64,000 bases of DNA from an uncultured Actinomycetes bacterium (GCA_963828885.1 CAWHGC010000016.1:952-64951); one strand, 5' to 3'; shown: positions 1-10,795, counted from the first letter of the stretch. Notes: generated by a model not told the origin, from the sequence alone. Program-made: numbers and translations.

Positions 1-1
1 G

Positions 2-1807
2 GACGGCGCGCCCGCCTACTGGCTCGGCCTGATGCTGGACGTGTCGGAGTTCGTGCAGACGCGTCAGAAGCTCGACGATGCGCAGCGCAAGTACGGAGCG
101 CTCGTCGAGCAGATCCCCGCCATCGTGTACGTCGACGTGGCCGACGAGGACATGTCGACGAGCTACGTGAGCCCGCAGATCTTCGACCTGCTCGGCATCA
201 CGCCCGACGAGTACGTGGCCGACCCCGACCTGTGGACCAAGCACCTGCACCCGGAGGACCGCGACACCGCCCTCGCCACGTACCTGAAGGGCCGGGCGTC
301 CGGCGAGCCGTTCACGTTCGAGTACCGCCTGCTCGCGCGCGACGGGCGCGTCGTGTGGTTCAGCGACAGCGCGATCGTGGTCCGCGACGCCGACGGGGCA
401 ACGCAGTACGTGCACGGCGTGATGCTGGACATCACCGACCGCAAGGCCGCCGAGGAGCAGCTGGCCTACCTCGCGTACCACGACAAGCTCACGGGCCTGC
501 CGAACCGGGCGATGTTCGACGAGCTGGCCGACCTCGCGATCGCGCGCGCGCGGCGCACCGACCTCGGGGTGGCCGTGGTCCACCTCGACCTCGACGACTT
601 CAAGCTCGTGAACGATTCCCTCGGACACGAGGCCGGCGACGCCCTGATCCTCGAGCTCGCGGAGCGCCTGAAGGAGGCGATGCGCGACACCGACCTGATC
701 GCGCGGCCGGGCGGCGACGAGTTCCTCCTGCTGCTGGCCGACATCGAGCGTACGCCCCCGATCGCCGGCGGCGCGGACGGCGAGATGCTGGTGGCCGAGT
801 CCGTCACGGTCAGGATCCAGGAGTCGCTGCGGGTTCCGTTCGTCCTCGACGGCAACGAGGTGTACATGAGCGCCAGCATCGGCGTGAGCCTGTTCCCGCA
901 CGACGCCGACGACGCCTCGACGCTGACGCAGCAGGCCGAGGCGGCGATGTTCCGCTCGAAGAAAGCCGGACCCGGCGGGTACACGATGCACGTGGAGGGG
1001 GACGCGGACGCGATGTCCCGCCTGTCGTTCACGACCCGCCTGCGCAAGGCCGTGGAGAACGAGACCTGGACGCTGCACTACCAGCCGCTCGTCACGCTCG
1101 AGGACGGCGCCATGATCGGCGTCGAGGCCCTGATCCGGTGGCTCGAGCCCAACGGCGGCATCGTCCCACCGGGCGAGTTCATCCCGCTCGCCGAGGAGAT
1201 GGGGCTGATCGAGGCGATCGGCGACTGGGTCGTCGAGGAGATGGGCCGGCAGGACGAGCTCTGGCGGGCCGAGGGCCTCGAGCTGGAGATCGGGTTCAAC
1301 CTGTCGCCGCGCCAGATGTGGCAGCCCGACCTCGTCGACAAGATCGTGACGCGCCTGGACCGGTCCGGCATGGACCCGACGAAGGTGGTCGTCGAGATCA
1401 CCGAGTCGACCGCCATGACCGACCCCGACCGCACGCAGCGGATCCTGTTCGACCTGCACGACCGCGGCCTGCAGCTCGCGATCGACGACTTCGGCACCGG
1501 CTACTCGTCCCTCGCGCGGCTCAAGCACCTGCCCGTCGACATCCTGAAGATCGACCGCTCGTTCGTGCGCGACGTCGACAACGACAAGGACGCCGCCAAC
1601 ATGGTGAGCGCGATGATCGCGCTGGCCACGAACCTGGGCATGACTCCGCTGGCCGAGGGCATCGAGACCGAGGGCGAGTGGCAGTACCTGGCCGCCCGCG
1701 GATGCCCGCTCGGGCAGGGCTTCTACTTCTCCAAGCCGGTCCCGCCGGGCGACATCCTCGCCATGCACCGCCGCTCGTCGATCCACCTGGTCGGCGACGC
1801 GAGCTAG
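2..1807 (+). CDS. PAS-GGDEF-EAL signalling protein (c-di-GMP turnover), 5'-partial at window edge
   Basis: ORF 32..1807 stays open back to base 2. It has a PAS-like segment, a GGDEF region (ARPGGDEFLLLLAD) and an EAL domain (EALIRW, DDFGTGYSSL, EGIETE). Confidence 0.9.
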   Translation, partial: DGAPAYWLGLMLDVSEFVQTRQKLDDAQRKYGALVEQIPAIVYVDVADEDMSTSYVSPQIFDLLGITPDEYVADPDLWTKHLHPEDRDTALATYLKGRASGEPFTFEYRLLARDGRVVWFSDSAIVVRDADGATQYVHGVMLDITDRKAAEEQLAYLAYHDKLTGLPNRAMFDELADLAIARARRTDLGVAVVHLDLDDFKLVNDSLGHEAGDALILELAERLKEAMRDTDLIARPGGDEFLLLLADIERTPPIAGGADGEMLVAESVTVRIQESLRVPFVLDGNEVYMSASIGVSLFPHDADDASTLTQQAEAAMFRSKKAGPGGYTMHVEGDADAMSRLSFTTRLRKAVENETWTLHYQPLVTLEDGAMIGVEALIRWLEPNGGIVPPGEFIPLAEEMGLIEAIGDWVVEEMGRQDELWRAEGLELEIGFNLSPRQMWQPDLVDKIVTRLDRSGMDPTKVVVEITESTAMTDPDRTQRILFDLHDRGLQLAIDDFGTGYSSLARLKHLPVDILKIDRSFVRDVDNDKDAANMVSAMIALATNLGMTPLAEGIETEGEWQYLAARGCPLGQGFYFSKPVPPGDILAMHRRSSIHLVGDAS

Positions 1808-1852
1808 GCCGTTCAGGGCCGCCGAACGGCGGGCTCAGCGGCGACGTGGGGC

Positions 1853-3050
1853 TCAGCGCCGGCGCGTGGGCTTGCGCAGGCCGCTGCGGCGGCCGCCCTT
1901 GGATCCGGAGAACACCATGCGCGGCGGCGCCACCTTCATGCCCTCCTCCTGGAACTCGTCCGCGAGGTCCAGCCGTCGAGGCCATCCGGCTCACGTCGCC
2001 CTGCTGCTCGGCGGAGACCAGCGTGATGCTGGTGCCGCTGCGGCCGGCCCGTGCCGTGCGGCCGACGCGGTGCACGTAGCCCTTGTCGTCCTCGGGCGGG
2101 TCGTAGTTGATCACGTGGGTGATGGCGTACAGGTCCAGGCCTCGCGCGGCGACGTCGGTCGCGATCAGCACGTCGCACTTGCCCTCCTCGAACCGCTTCA
2201 GCGCCCGCTCGCGCGCCTGCTGCGTCATGTCGCCGTGCATGGCGGCCGCGTTCACGCCCTTGTTCTTCAGCTGCTTGACGACGCGGTCGGCGCCGCGCTT
2301 CGTGCGCACGAACACCAGCGCCAGCTCGCGCTCCTCCTCGTGCAGGAGCTCGATCAGCTTGTCCACCTTGTCGTGGGCGCCGACCGGCACGAACCGGTGG
2401 TCGATCATCTCGGCGGTCTTCGAGTCGCTGATCACCTCGTGGCGGATCGGGTCGCGCGTGTACACGGCGGCGATCCGCCCGACGTCGCCGTCGAGGGTGG
2501 CCGAGAAGAACATCGTCTGGCGGTCCTTCGGCAGCTTGCGCACGATGCGGTCGACCTGCGGCAGGAAGCCCATGTCGAGCATCCGGTCGGCCTCGTCCAG
2601 CACGAAGGTCTCGACGCCGCCGAGCTCGATGTCGCCGCGCTCGACGTAGTCCTGCAGGCGGCCCGGCGTGGCGACGACGATGTGCGCGTCGTTGAGGCCC
2701 CTCGCCTGCTCGCGGACGCCGGTGCCGCCGTAGGCGACCGCGAGCTTCAGCCCCTTCGCCTTCGCGATCGGCGTGAAGTCGTCCCGCACCTGCACGGCGA
2801 GCTCGCGGGTGGGCACGAGCACGAGGGCGCCCGGCCCCTTCCTGGCGGCCCGGTCCAGGCGCTCGACGATCGGGATCGCGAACGCCAGGGTCTTGCCCGA
2901 GCCCGTCTCGGACTTGGCAAGCACGTCGGCACCCGACATGGCATCGCGCATCACCAGTGCCTGCACTGGGAATGGGGCGACGACGCCGACGGTCTCGAGG
3001 GCGTCCACCACGGCGTCGGAGACGCCCAGATCCTGGAACGACTTGCTCAT
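1853..3050 (-). CDS. DEAD-box ATP-dependent RNA helicase with a 1-nt frame disruption in the C-terminal tail
   Basis: Starts MSKSFQDLG at 3050 inside ORF 1521..4133. Motifs: AKSETGSGKT, VLDEADRML, SAT, HRVGRTARAG. After ..DVSRMAS the listed frame turns Pro/Arg-rich and overlaps the neighbouring gene. Skipping base ~1976 gives RLDLADEFQEEGMKVAPPRMVFSGSKGGRRSGLRKPTRRR* ending at 1853. Confidence 0.85.
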
Positions 3051-3061
3051 CTGTACCGAGG

Positions 3062-4078
3062 TTACAACTCGAACGAGCCGTCCAGCGCCCCGACCAGGTG
3101 CGACACGATGAGGAGCTGCGCCAGCGCGAGGGCCTCGCTGCGGCGCTCGCCGAACTGGAGGGCTACCGCTTCGCCACTCGAGCCCGCCCCGGGGTGGCGG
3201 TAGCGGCCGATCCGGTCGCGCTGCAGGCGGTCGTCGGGGTGGAGGTAGGACCAGATCACGGCCTCGAGCTCGGCCCCGACGTCGGGCGGGCAGTCGCCGT
3301 CGATGTCGAGCACCGACATCGGGCCGCGGCGGTCGGTGGCGGCCGACCACCGGATCGGCTCGACGCCGCCCGCCGACAGCCGGCCGACGAGCTCGCGCAG
3401 GCCGGGGTAGGGCAGCGTCGGGCGGATCACGAGCCGTGCCGCCAGCGGGGCGTCGGCGGCGGCGCCCTCCTGGCGGTGGAACCGGACGACGATGTCGGCC
3501 AGGTCGCGCTGCGGGCGCACCCAGGCCTCGGCGTCGGCCTCGCGGCGGTTGATCTCGGCCACGACGTCCTTCGGCGAGTAGCCGCGCTCGAAGACATCGC
3601 GCTCGAGCTTCCAGCGGCGGCGCAGCTCCTCCTCGGGGTCGAGGTAGACGGCGACCTGAAGGGCCTCGCGCACCTCGCGCGACTGCAGCGGCAGCAGGCC
3701 CTCCACGATCAGGATCTCGGGCGGATCGAAGGGCACCGGCTCGCCGAACGTACCCGTCTGGTGGTCGTACACGGGCTTGTCGACCGCCTGGCCCTCGCTC
3801 AGCGCTCGCAGCTGCTCGCCCATCAGGTCCATGCGGTTCGCGTCGGGCACCAGCGGCGTGATGCCGAGCTCCGCGCGCTCCGCGCGGTCCCAGCGGTGGT
3901 AGTCGTCCGTGCACAGGCGGGCGACGCGCTCGGTGCCCAGCACGTACTCGATGCCGAGCGACAGCGTGCTCTTGCCGGAGGCGCTGTCGCCGGCGAGGCC
4001 GAGCAGGATCGGCCGGACCGAGCCGACAGGGTGGACGAGGTTGAGCTCGAGCGGCCTCACGGACGCATCCTCTCCCAT
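3062..4078 (-). CDS. phosphoribulokinase/uridine kinase family P-loop kinase (PRK-like)
   Basis: Intact 338-aa ORF. It has the P-loop GLAGDSASGKST and PRK/UK-family core (CTDDYHRWDR, ILIVEGLLPL). Confidence 0.8.
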   Translation of the reverse strand: MGEDASVRPLELNLVHPVGSVRPILLGLAGDSASGKSTLSLGIEYVLGTERVARLCTDDYHRWDRAERAELGITPLVPDANRMDLMGEQLRALSEGQAVDKPVYDHQTGTFGEPVPFDPPEILIVEGLLPLQSREVREALQVAVYLDPEEELRRRWKLERDVFERGYSPKDVVAEINRREADAEAWVRPQRDLADIVVRFHRQEGAAADAPLAARLVIRPTLPYPGLRELVGRLSAGGVEPIRWSAATDRRGPMSVLDIDGDCPPDVGAELEAVIWSYLHPDDRLQRDRIGRYRHPGAGSSGEAVALQFGERRSEALALAQLLIVSHLVGALDGSFEL

Positions 4079-4211
4079 CCGGGGCCTGCCACGGTACCGC
4101 GGACGCGCCCGCGCGGGACGGGCACCCCGTCATCGACCGTCAGCGGGAGCGGTACGCTTCCGTCGAGCGGGCCCGCCCGCTCGACCACCCACTCGTGAGA
4201 GGGAACGGACG

Positions 4212-6044
4212 ATGGACACGAACGGCTGGAAGGAGCTCGCCGCACAGCTCCGCGTCGACAGCATCCGATCCACCACCGCCGCCGGCTCGGGGCACCCGAC
4301 GTCGTCGATGTCGGCGGCCGACCTCGTGGCGGTGCTCATCGCCGACCACCTGCGCACCGACGTCGCCGACCCGAAGTCGCTCGCCAACGACCGGTTCATC
4401 CTGTCGAAGGGGCACGCCGCCCCGGTGCTGTACGCGGCCTTCAAGGCGATCGGCGCGATCGACGACGAGCAGCTGCTCTCGCTCCGGAAGATGGGCTCGC
4501 CGGTGCAGGGCCACCCGGCGCCCGTGCCGGAGATGCCGTGGGTGGACGTGGCGACCGGCTCGCTCGGCCAGGGGCTGCCGATCGGCCTCGGGATGGCGCT
4601 CGCGATGCGGCTGGACGGCGCGCCCGGCCGCGTCTGGTGCCTGATGGGCGACTCCGAGACCGCCGAGGGCTCCGTGTGGGAGGCGATGGCCGGCGCGAGC
4701 TACCACCGGGTCGACAACCTGATCGGCATCATCGACATGAACCGCCTGGGCCAGCGCGGGCCCACGATGCTCGAGTGGGACGGCGACACGTACGTCCGGC
4801 GCGCGCAGTCGTTCGGCTGGCTCGCCCTCGAGGTCGACGGCCACGACGTCGGCGCGATCGACGAGACGTATCGGGCGGCCGAGGCGGCCGACGGACCCGT
4901 GATGATCGTCGCGCGAACGGAGAAGGGCCACGGCGTCTCGTTCCTCGCCGACCAGGAGGGCTGGCACGGCAAGGCGTTGGACGCGAAGCAGGCCGAGCAG
5001 GCGATCGCCGAGCTCGGCGGGGAGCGCAGCATCGTCGTGACGCCGCCCTCGCCCGAGGCCTTCAAGCCCGTCCAGCTCGGCGAGCTGACGGCGGCCCCGG
5101 CGCCCACGTACCCCGAGGGCATCCCGACGCGCAAGGCGTTCGGCGAGACCCTCGCGTGGCTCGCCGGCCACCGCCCCGACCTCGTGGTGCTGGACGGCGA
5201 GGTCGGCAACTCCACGCACACCGAGGACTTCCAGGCCGTCGCGCCCGAGCGGTTCTTCCAGATGTACATCGCCGAGCAGGCGATGGTCGGCGCCCAGGTC
5301 GGCATGCAGGCGCTCGGCAAGGCCGCGTTCAGCGCCACGTTCGGCGCCTTCTACACGCGAGCGCAGGACTTCGTGCGCATGGCCGCCGTCAGCCGCGCGA
5401 ACCTCAAGCTGTGCGGCTCGCACGCCGGCGTGTCGATCGGCGAGGACGGCCCCTCGCAGATGGCGCTCGAGGACCTCGCGGCCATGCGGGCCGTGCACGG
5501 CTCGACCGTGCTGTACCCGGCCGACGGCAACAGCACCGTGAAGCTCGTGACGGCCATGTGCGACCTCGAGGGCATCAGCTACCTGCGCACGACGCGGGAG
5601 AAGACGCCGATGCTGTACGGCCCCGACGAGGAGTTCCCGATCGGCGGCTCGAAGACGCTGCGCCGCTCGGCGGAGGACCGCGTGACGCTGGTCGGCGCCG
5701 GCATCACGCTGATCGAGTCGCTGGCGGCCGCCGACGCCCTCGAGGCCGAGGGCACCCACGTGCGCGTGATCGACCTGTACTCCGTGAAGCCGGTCGACGC
5801 GCAGACGCTCCGCGAGGCGCTGATCGAGACCGGGCTGATCGTCACGGTCGAGGACCACTGGCCCGAGGGCGGGATCGGCGACGCCGTGCTCGACGCGCTG
5901 GCGTCGGCCGGCGACATCGCCGGCCGGATCGTGAAGATCGCGCCGCGCGAGATGCCGGGCTCGGGCTCGCCGCAGGAGCTCCGGGACTGGGCCGGGATCA
6001 GCGCGTCACGGATCGCCGACCGGGTCCGCGACGAGCTGCTCTGA
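4212..6044 (+). CDS. tkt: transketolase (single-chain, about 610 aa)
   Basis: Starts MDTNGWKEL inside ORF 3909..6044. It has an N-terminal TPP-binding region (GSGHPTSSMSAADL, GDSETAEGSVWEA) followed by pyrimidine-binding and C-terminal transketolase domains. The frame is intact. Confidence 0.9.
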   Translation: MDTNGWKELAAQLRVDSIRSTTAAGSGHPTSSMSAADLVAVLIADHLRTDVADPKSLANDRFILSKGHAAPVLYAAFKAIGAIDDEQLLSLRKMGSPVQGHPAPVPEMPWVDVATGSLGQGLPIGLGMALAMRLDGAPGRVWCLMGDSETAEGSVWEAMAGASYHRVDNLIGIIDMNRLGQRGPTMLEWDGDTYVRRAQSFGWLALEVDGHDVGAIDETYRAAEAADGPVMIVARTEKGHGVSFLADQEGWHGKALDAKQAEQAIAELGGERSIVVTPPSPEAFKPVQLGELTAAPAPTYPEGIPTRKAFGETLAWLAGHRPDLVVLDGEVGNSTHTEDFQAVAPERFFQMYIAEQAMVGAQVGMQALGKAAFSATFGAFYTRAQDFVRMAAVSRANLKLCGSHAGVSIGEDGPSQMALEDLAAMRAVHGSTVLYPADGNSTVKLVTAMCDLEGISYLRTTREKTPMLYGPDEEFPIGGSKTLRRSAEDRVTLVGAGITLIESLAAADALEAEGTHVRVIDLYSVKPVDAQTLREALIETGLIVTVEDHWPEGGIGDAVLDALASAGDIAGRIVKIAPREMPGSGSPQELRDWAGISASRIADRVRDELL

Positions 6045-8317
6045 GCCCGAGGCCGTCTCGGCGACGACGCGGCCGGTGCGGTGCCGCTCGATGATCTCGT
6101 CGCCGGTCACCGGCCTGGAGAAGTAGTAGCCCTGGCCGAGGCTGCACCCCCGCTCGGCGAGGAACCGCCACTCCCCTTCGGTCTCGATGCCCTCGGCGAG
6201 CGTCGTCATGCCCATGCCGCGGCCGAGCTCGATGAAGGCCGTCACGATGGCGCCGGCCTGCGGGTCGGTGTCGACGTTCATGACGAACGTCCGGTCGATC
6301 TTCAGGATCTCCACGGGCACCTCGCGCAGGCGCGACAGGTTCGAGTAGCCGGTGCCGAAGTCGTCGATGGCGACGCGGAGGCCGCGCATGTGCAGGTCCC
6401 ACAGCACCTGCTGCGCGCGGTCGGGATCCATCATGGCCGAGGACTCCGTGATCTCCACCATGAGGCGGCCGGGATCGAGGCCCCCGGCCTCGATGCGCGA
6501 CAGGATCCGGTCGGACAGGTCGGGCTGCCAGAACTGGCGCGGCGACAGGTTGAACCCGATCTCCAGGTCGAGGCCGTGCCGCCGCCAGATCTTGTCCTGG
6601 CGGCCCATCTCGTCCAGCACCCAGTCGCCGATCGACTCGATCAGGCCGAGCTCCTCGGCGAGCGGGATGAAGTCGTTCGGCGGGATCACGCGCCCGTCGG
6701 GCCCGAGCCAGCGGATCAGGGCCTCGACGCCGACCATCGTGCCGGTCATGAGCTCGACGACGGGCTGGTAGTGCAGCACCCACTCCGACCGCTCGACGGC
6801 CTTGCGCAGCCGCGTGACGAAGGAGAGCTTCGACCTCGGGTCGGCGACGCCGTGCGACGACACCACGTACCCGGCCGGCCCGGCCTTCTTCGATTCGCGC
6901 ATCGCGGTCTCGGCGTTGCGCATGAGGGTGCCGACGTCCGGCGCGTCCTGCGGGAACAGGCTGACGCCGACGCTCACGCTCACGTACAGCTCGGTGCCGT
7001 CGATCTCGAACGGCTCGCGCAGCGACTCGTGGATCCGCTGGGCGACCGAGCCGGCCCGGATCAGCGCGGCGTCCAGGTCGCCCGATCCCTCGCGCTCGAG
7101 GTCGGCCAGCAACAGCAGGAACTGGTCGCCGCCCTTGCGGGCCACGAGGTCGGTCTCCCGCGTCGCCACGCGCAGCCTGCCGCGCGACCAGCGTGAGCAG
7201 GGTGTCGCCGTTCTGGTGCCCGAGCGAGTCGTTCACGAGCGAGAAGTCGTCGATGTCCACGTGCACGACCGCGACCGATCCGTCGTGCCGGCGCGCCCGC
7301 GCGATCGACAGCTCCAGCAGCTCCTCGAACATCGCGCGGTTCGGCAGCTCGGTCAGGTCGTCGTGGTACGCGAGGAACGCGACCTGCTCCTCGGCGCGCT
7401 TGCGCTCGGTGATGTCCATCATCACGCCCTGCGAGCGCAGCGGCTGGCCGCGCTCGTCGCGGATCAGCACGGCCTCGTCGCGAAGCCACACGGTCCGCCC
7501 GTCCTTCGCGATCACGCGGTACTCCAGGGCGAACGGCTCGCCGGTCTCGTTGTGGCGCTCGTTCTGCGCGATGGCGAGCGCGCGGTCGTCGGGGTGCAGC
7601 ACGCGCGGCCACATGTCCTCGGTCGTCGTCCACTCCTCGGGCGTGTACCCGAGGATCGCCTCCACCTGGGGGCTGATGTAGATCGTCGGCGCGTGGTCCT
7701 GGACGGCGTCGACGTAGGAGATGGCCGGCAGCTGCTCGATCATCGCGCGGAACCGCCGCTCGGCCGCGCGGCCCTCGCGGTCGGCGACCTCGCGCTCGAT
7801 GGCGGCGCCGAGCGCTCCGGCGGCCGCGCGCAGCGCGTCGGTGTCGACGGCCGACCACTCGCGCCCGGCGTGGCAGTCGTCGAAGCCCAGGAAGCCCCAC
7901 CACTCGCGGCCGACGAAGACCGGCACGATGCAGTGCGTGACGACGCTCTCCGACTCGAGCATCTCGCGCTCGATGTCGGGGGAGTCGGCGACGGCGCCGA
8001 CGATGACGGCGCCGCTGCCCAGGATCTCGATCCATCGCGCGAAGGTGGGCGCGTACGGGAACAGGTGGTTCTCGGCGTCCTCGAACAGGGTCGGCGCCTC
8101 CGGCGCGCACCACTCGAACCGCAGATCCATCGTGAGCCGGCCGGCCTCGTCGCGCACGTTCTGGAACAGGTACGCGCGGTCGGCCTCGGCCGCGAGGCCC
8201 GAGGCGTTCGAGGACCTCGTCGATCCGGTCGGACCACAGGTCGTCGCGCAGGAAGCCTTCGGTGGCGAAGGCGACGGCGCCCAGCACGGCCTCACCGGCC
8301 TCCCACGTGCATACCAA
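6006..8317 (-). pseudogene. GAF-PAS-GGDEF-EAL signalling protein, paralog of 2..1807, two frame changes
   Basis: The protein-like sequence runs through three frames: ORF 7061..8389 (N-terminus), ORF 5998..8295 (GAF, PAS, start of GGDEF) and ORF 6006..7169 (KGGDQFLLLL, EAL). Junctions are near 8198-8200 (CCC run) and 7181-7186. The start (TTG at 8317) is uncertain. Confidence 0.8.
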
Positions 8318-8439
8318 GCGTCTTCGGCCGAAGCGCCGTGCGTCTGAAGTGCGTTGCGCCGGTGGGCATCCCTTGCGGCCGGCCCACACCGACGCGGCGG
8401 CCGCCCTCCTGTGGGCTCGCCCTGTTACCCTTGCCGCCC

Positions 8440-8730
8440 ATGCCTGACTACAAGGAGGTCCTGCACGAGCGCCTGTACGTCCGGGTGCCGGGCACGGACA
8501 AGCTGCGCAAGACCGCCGCCGCGCGGATCAAGCACCTCCTGGCCAACGGCTGGCGGGAGACCGAGCGCGACCAGCGCCCCGACCACGTGATGGTCCGGTT
8601 CGAGCGCACGGGCCACGCCCCGATGCGCGCCCGGCTGCCCAAGGCCGTGCCCGAGGTGAAGTTCGAGCGCCGCCCCCGCGGCCAGGGCCGCGGTGGTCCG
8701 GGCGGGCCCGGCGGCCGCGGACGCCGCTAG
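8440..8730 (+). CDS. hypothetical small protein with RGG-rich C-terminus
   Basis: ATG at 8440 within ORF 6802..8730. The product is MPDYKEVLHERLYVRVPGTDKLRK...RGQGRGGPGGPGGRGRR. The composition is coding-like, unlike the upstream part of that ORF. Confidence 0.55.
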   Translation: MPDYKEVLHERLYVRVPGTDKLRKTAAARIKHLLANGWRETERDQRPDHVMVRFERTGHAPMRARLPKAVPEVKFERRPRGQGRGGPGGPGGRGRR

Positions 8731-8874
8731 GCACCCCGCTCACCGTCTCGAACCGAAGGATCTTCGGTTCGCGGCATGTTCTTCCGGACGACGTCCGGGT
8801 ATCATGGGTGTCCGGACTCGATCCGTCCGGACGTCGCCCGCACGGCGGCCCGATCCCCTTCGGAGGTGCACCCC

Positions 8875-10311
8875 ATGAGTGACGAATCCCGTCCGCACCC
8901 CTCGAACGTCCGTCCCGGCCACCGCGAGGTCCACGCCCACGCGTCCGAGGACCAGCCGTTCCACTACCCGCTCAAGCGCGAGTTCGCCGAGCCCGACTGG
9001 ACGCGCCTGCCCGGCTACCGGGACGTCACGAAGGATCAGTGGCTGAGCGCGCAGTGGCAGCGGGCCCACAGCGTGAAGAACCTCAAGGAGTTCTCCGAGG
9101 CGCTGGGGGAGTTCCTCGACGACGACCTGCTGGCCGACATCGAGGCCGACCAGCGCGAGCGGGCCACCATGTCCATGCTGCTGCCCCCGCAGATGATCAA
9201 CACGATGGAGGAGCACGACCTCCGCAACGACCGCGTCCGCCGCTACATGGCGCCGGCGCTCAGCGACCGCGAGGCCGAGTGGGCGAGCCACCCCATGGCC
9301 TCACGCGACTCCCTGCACGAGGCCGACATGTGGGCGGTCGAGGGCCTCACGCACCGCTACCCCACGAAGGTCCTGGCCGAGCTGATCCCGACCTGTCCGC
9401 AGTACTGCGGGCACTGCACGCGGATGGACCTCGTCGGCAACGACACGTTGCAGGTCCTCAAGTACAAGTTCGAGACCAAGCAGAACGAGCGCTGGGACCA
9501 GATGCTCGACTACCTGGGACGGACGCCGCAGGTCCGTGACGTCGTCGTCAGCGGCGGCGACATGGCCAACGTCCCCGTCAAGCGCCTCGAGGACTTCGTC
9601 ATGAAGCTCCTCGACATCGAGAACATCCGCGACATCCGCCTGGCGACGAAGGGCCTGATGGGGATCCCGCAGCACTTCCTCCAGGACGACGTGCGCGCGG
9701 CGTTCGGCCGGATGGGCGCCAGAGCCTTCGAGCGCGGCGTCGACATCGCGCTGCACACGCACGTGAACTGCGCGCAGCAGGTGACGCCGCTCGTCGGCGA
9801 CGCCGCGAAGATGGTCCTCGAGGCCGGCTTCCGCGACGTCCGCAACCAGGGCGTGCTGCTGCGCGGCGTCAACACCGCGCCGAACGACCTGCTGGAGCTC
9901 TGCTTCATGCTCACGGACCACGCGAAGATCATGCCGTACTACTTCTACATGTGCGACATGATCCCCAACGCCGAGCACTGGCGGACGTCGGTCGGCGAGG
10001 CGCAGGATCTCCAGTACCAGCTGCTCGGCTACATGCCGGGGTTCGCGACGCCGCGCGTCGTGTGCGACGTGCCGTTCGTCGGCAAGCGCTGGGTGCACAT
10101 GGTGAAGGACTACGACCGCACGCGCGGCATCAGCGAGTGGACGAAGAACTACCGCACCGGCATCGAGTTCGACGACCCCGAGGCCCTCACGCGCCGCTAC
10201 CAGTACTACGACCCGATCTACACGCTGCCCGAGGAGGGTCAGGCCTGGTGGCGCGAGCAGATCGACAAGGGCCTGCCCGGCTTCGGCGAGCTCGAGGCCC
10301 AGACGGCCTGA
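8875..10311 (+). CDS. KamA-family radical SAM aminomutase (lysine 2,3-aminomutase-like)
   Basis: Starts MSDESRP (GGAGG 9 nt upstream) within ORF 8776..10311. It has the radical-SAM motif CPQYCGHC and a KamA-type core (VVVSGGD, RLATKG). The frame is intact. Substrate cannot be assigned from sequence by eye. Confidence 0.85.
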   Translation: MSDESRPHPSNVRPGHREVHAHASEDQPFHYPLKREFAEPDWTRLPGYRDVTKDQWLSAQWQRAHSVKNLKEFSEALGEFLDDDLLADIEADQRERATMSMLLPPQMINTMEEHDLRNDRVRRYMAPALSDREAEWASHPMASRDSLHEADMWAVEGLTHRYPTKVLAELIPTCPQYCGHCTRMDLVGNDTLQVLKYKFETKQNERWDQMLDYLGRTPQVRDVVVSGGDMANVPVKRLEDFVMKLLDIENIRDIRLATKGLMGIPQHFLQDDVRAAFGRMGARAFERGVDIALHTHVNCAQQVTPLVGDAAKMVLEAGFRDVRNQGVLLRGVNTAPNDLLELCFMLTDHAKIMPYYFYMCDMIPNAEHWRTSVGEAQDLQYQLLGYMPGFATPRVVCDVPFVGKRWVHMVKDYDRTRGISEWTKNYRTGIEFDDPEALTRRYQYYDPIYTLPEEGQAWWREQIDKGLPGFGELEAQTA

Positions 10312-10320
10312 AGCGGCGCG

Positions 10321-10795
10321 TCAGGCGATCCCGCCGCCGGAGAGGTCGAGCCGCAGCACGATCTCCCCGTCGTCGATCTCCCCGGTGGGCTCGAACCCGA
10401 ACCGCCGGTAGAACGGCCACGGCTCGCCCTCGCCCGGGTGGTAGCTCGTCAGCAGCTCCCGGACGCCGTCCGCGCGCAGCAGATCGACGACCTGCGTCAG
10501 TGCCTCGCGTCCGAACCCCTGCCGCTGGTGGCGCCGGTCGATCAGGATCCGCCACAGGAAGTACGGGCCGAGGATGCCGGGGGCCGGCGTCGCATCCCAG
10601 CTCAGCATCACGAAGCCGACCGGCTCGTCGTCCGCGTAGATCGCCCGGTACCAGGGCGCGCCCTCGGGCGTGGCGGCGGCCTCCTCGAGCGACTCGGCGA
10701 CCGAGCTGACGAAGCGCTCCTGCGCCAGGATCGACGACCAACGCGCAGACCGCGTCGCGGTTCTCGTCGGTGACCTCACGCAGGCTGACCGTCAT
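10321..10795 (-). pseudogene. GNAT family N-acetyltransferase, one frame change
   Basis: The N-terminus MTVSLREVTDENRDAVCAL lies in ORF 10187..10795. The rest (AQERFVSSVAES...RRHQRQGFGREAL...FYRRFGF) lies in ORF 10321..10779. The junction is near 10725. Confidence 0.8.

Noticed and set aside
1078-1497. Equal-length 139-aa antisense ORFs (1078..1497 - and 6352..6771 +) lie inside both EAL domains. Both start MPKSS and end ..SGW or ..TGW.
   Set aside because: Their similarity mirrors the conservation of the paralogous EAL-coding strands. The composition is Ser/Arg/Pro junk. Nothing suggests an independent overlapping gene.
3062-6044. I considered whether the PRK-like kinase and transketolase imply a Calvin-cycle module.
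   Set aside because: No RuBisCO, cbb regulators or other cycle genes are in the window. The PRK/uridine-kinase family cannot be assigned a substrate by eye.
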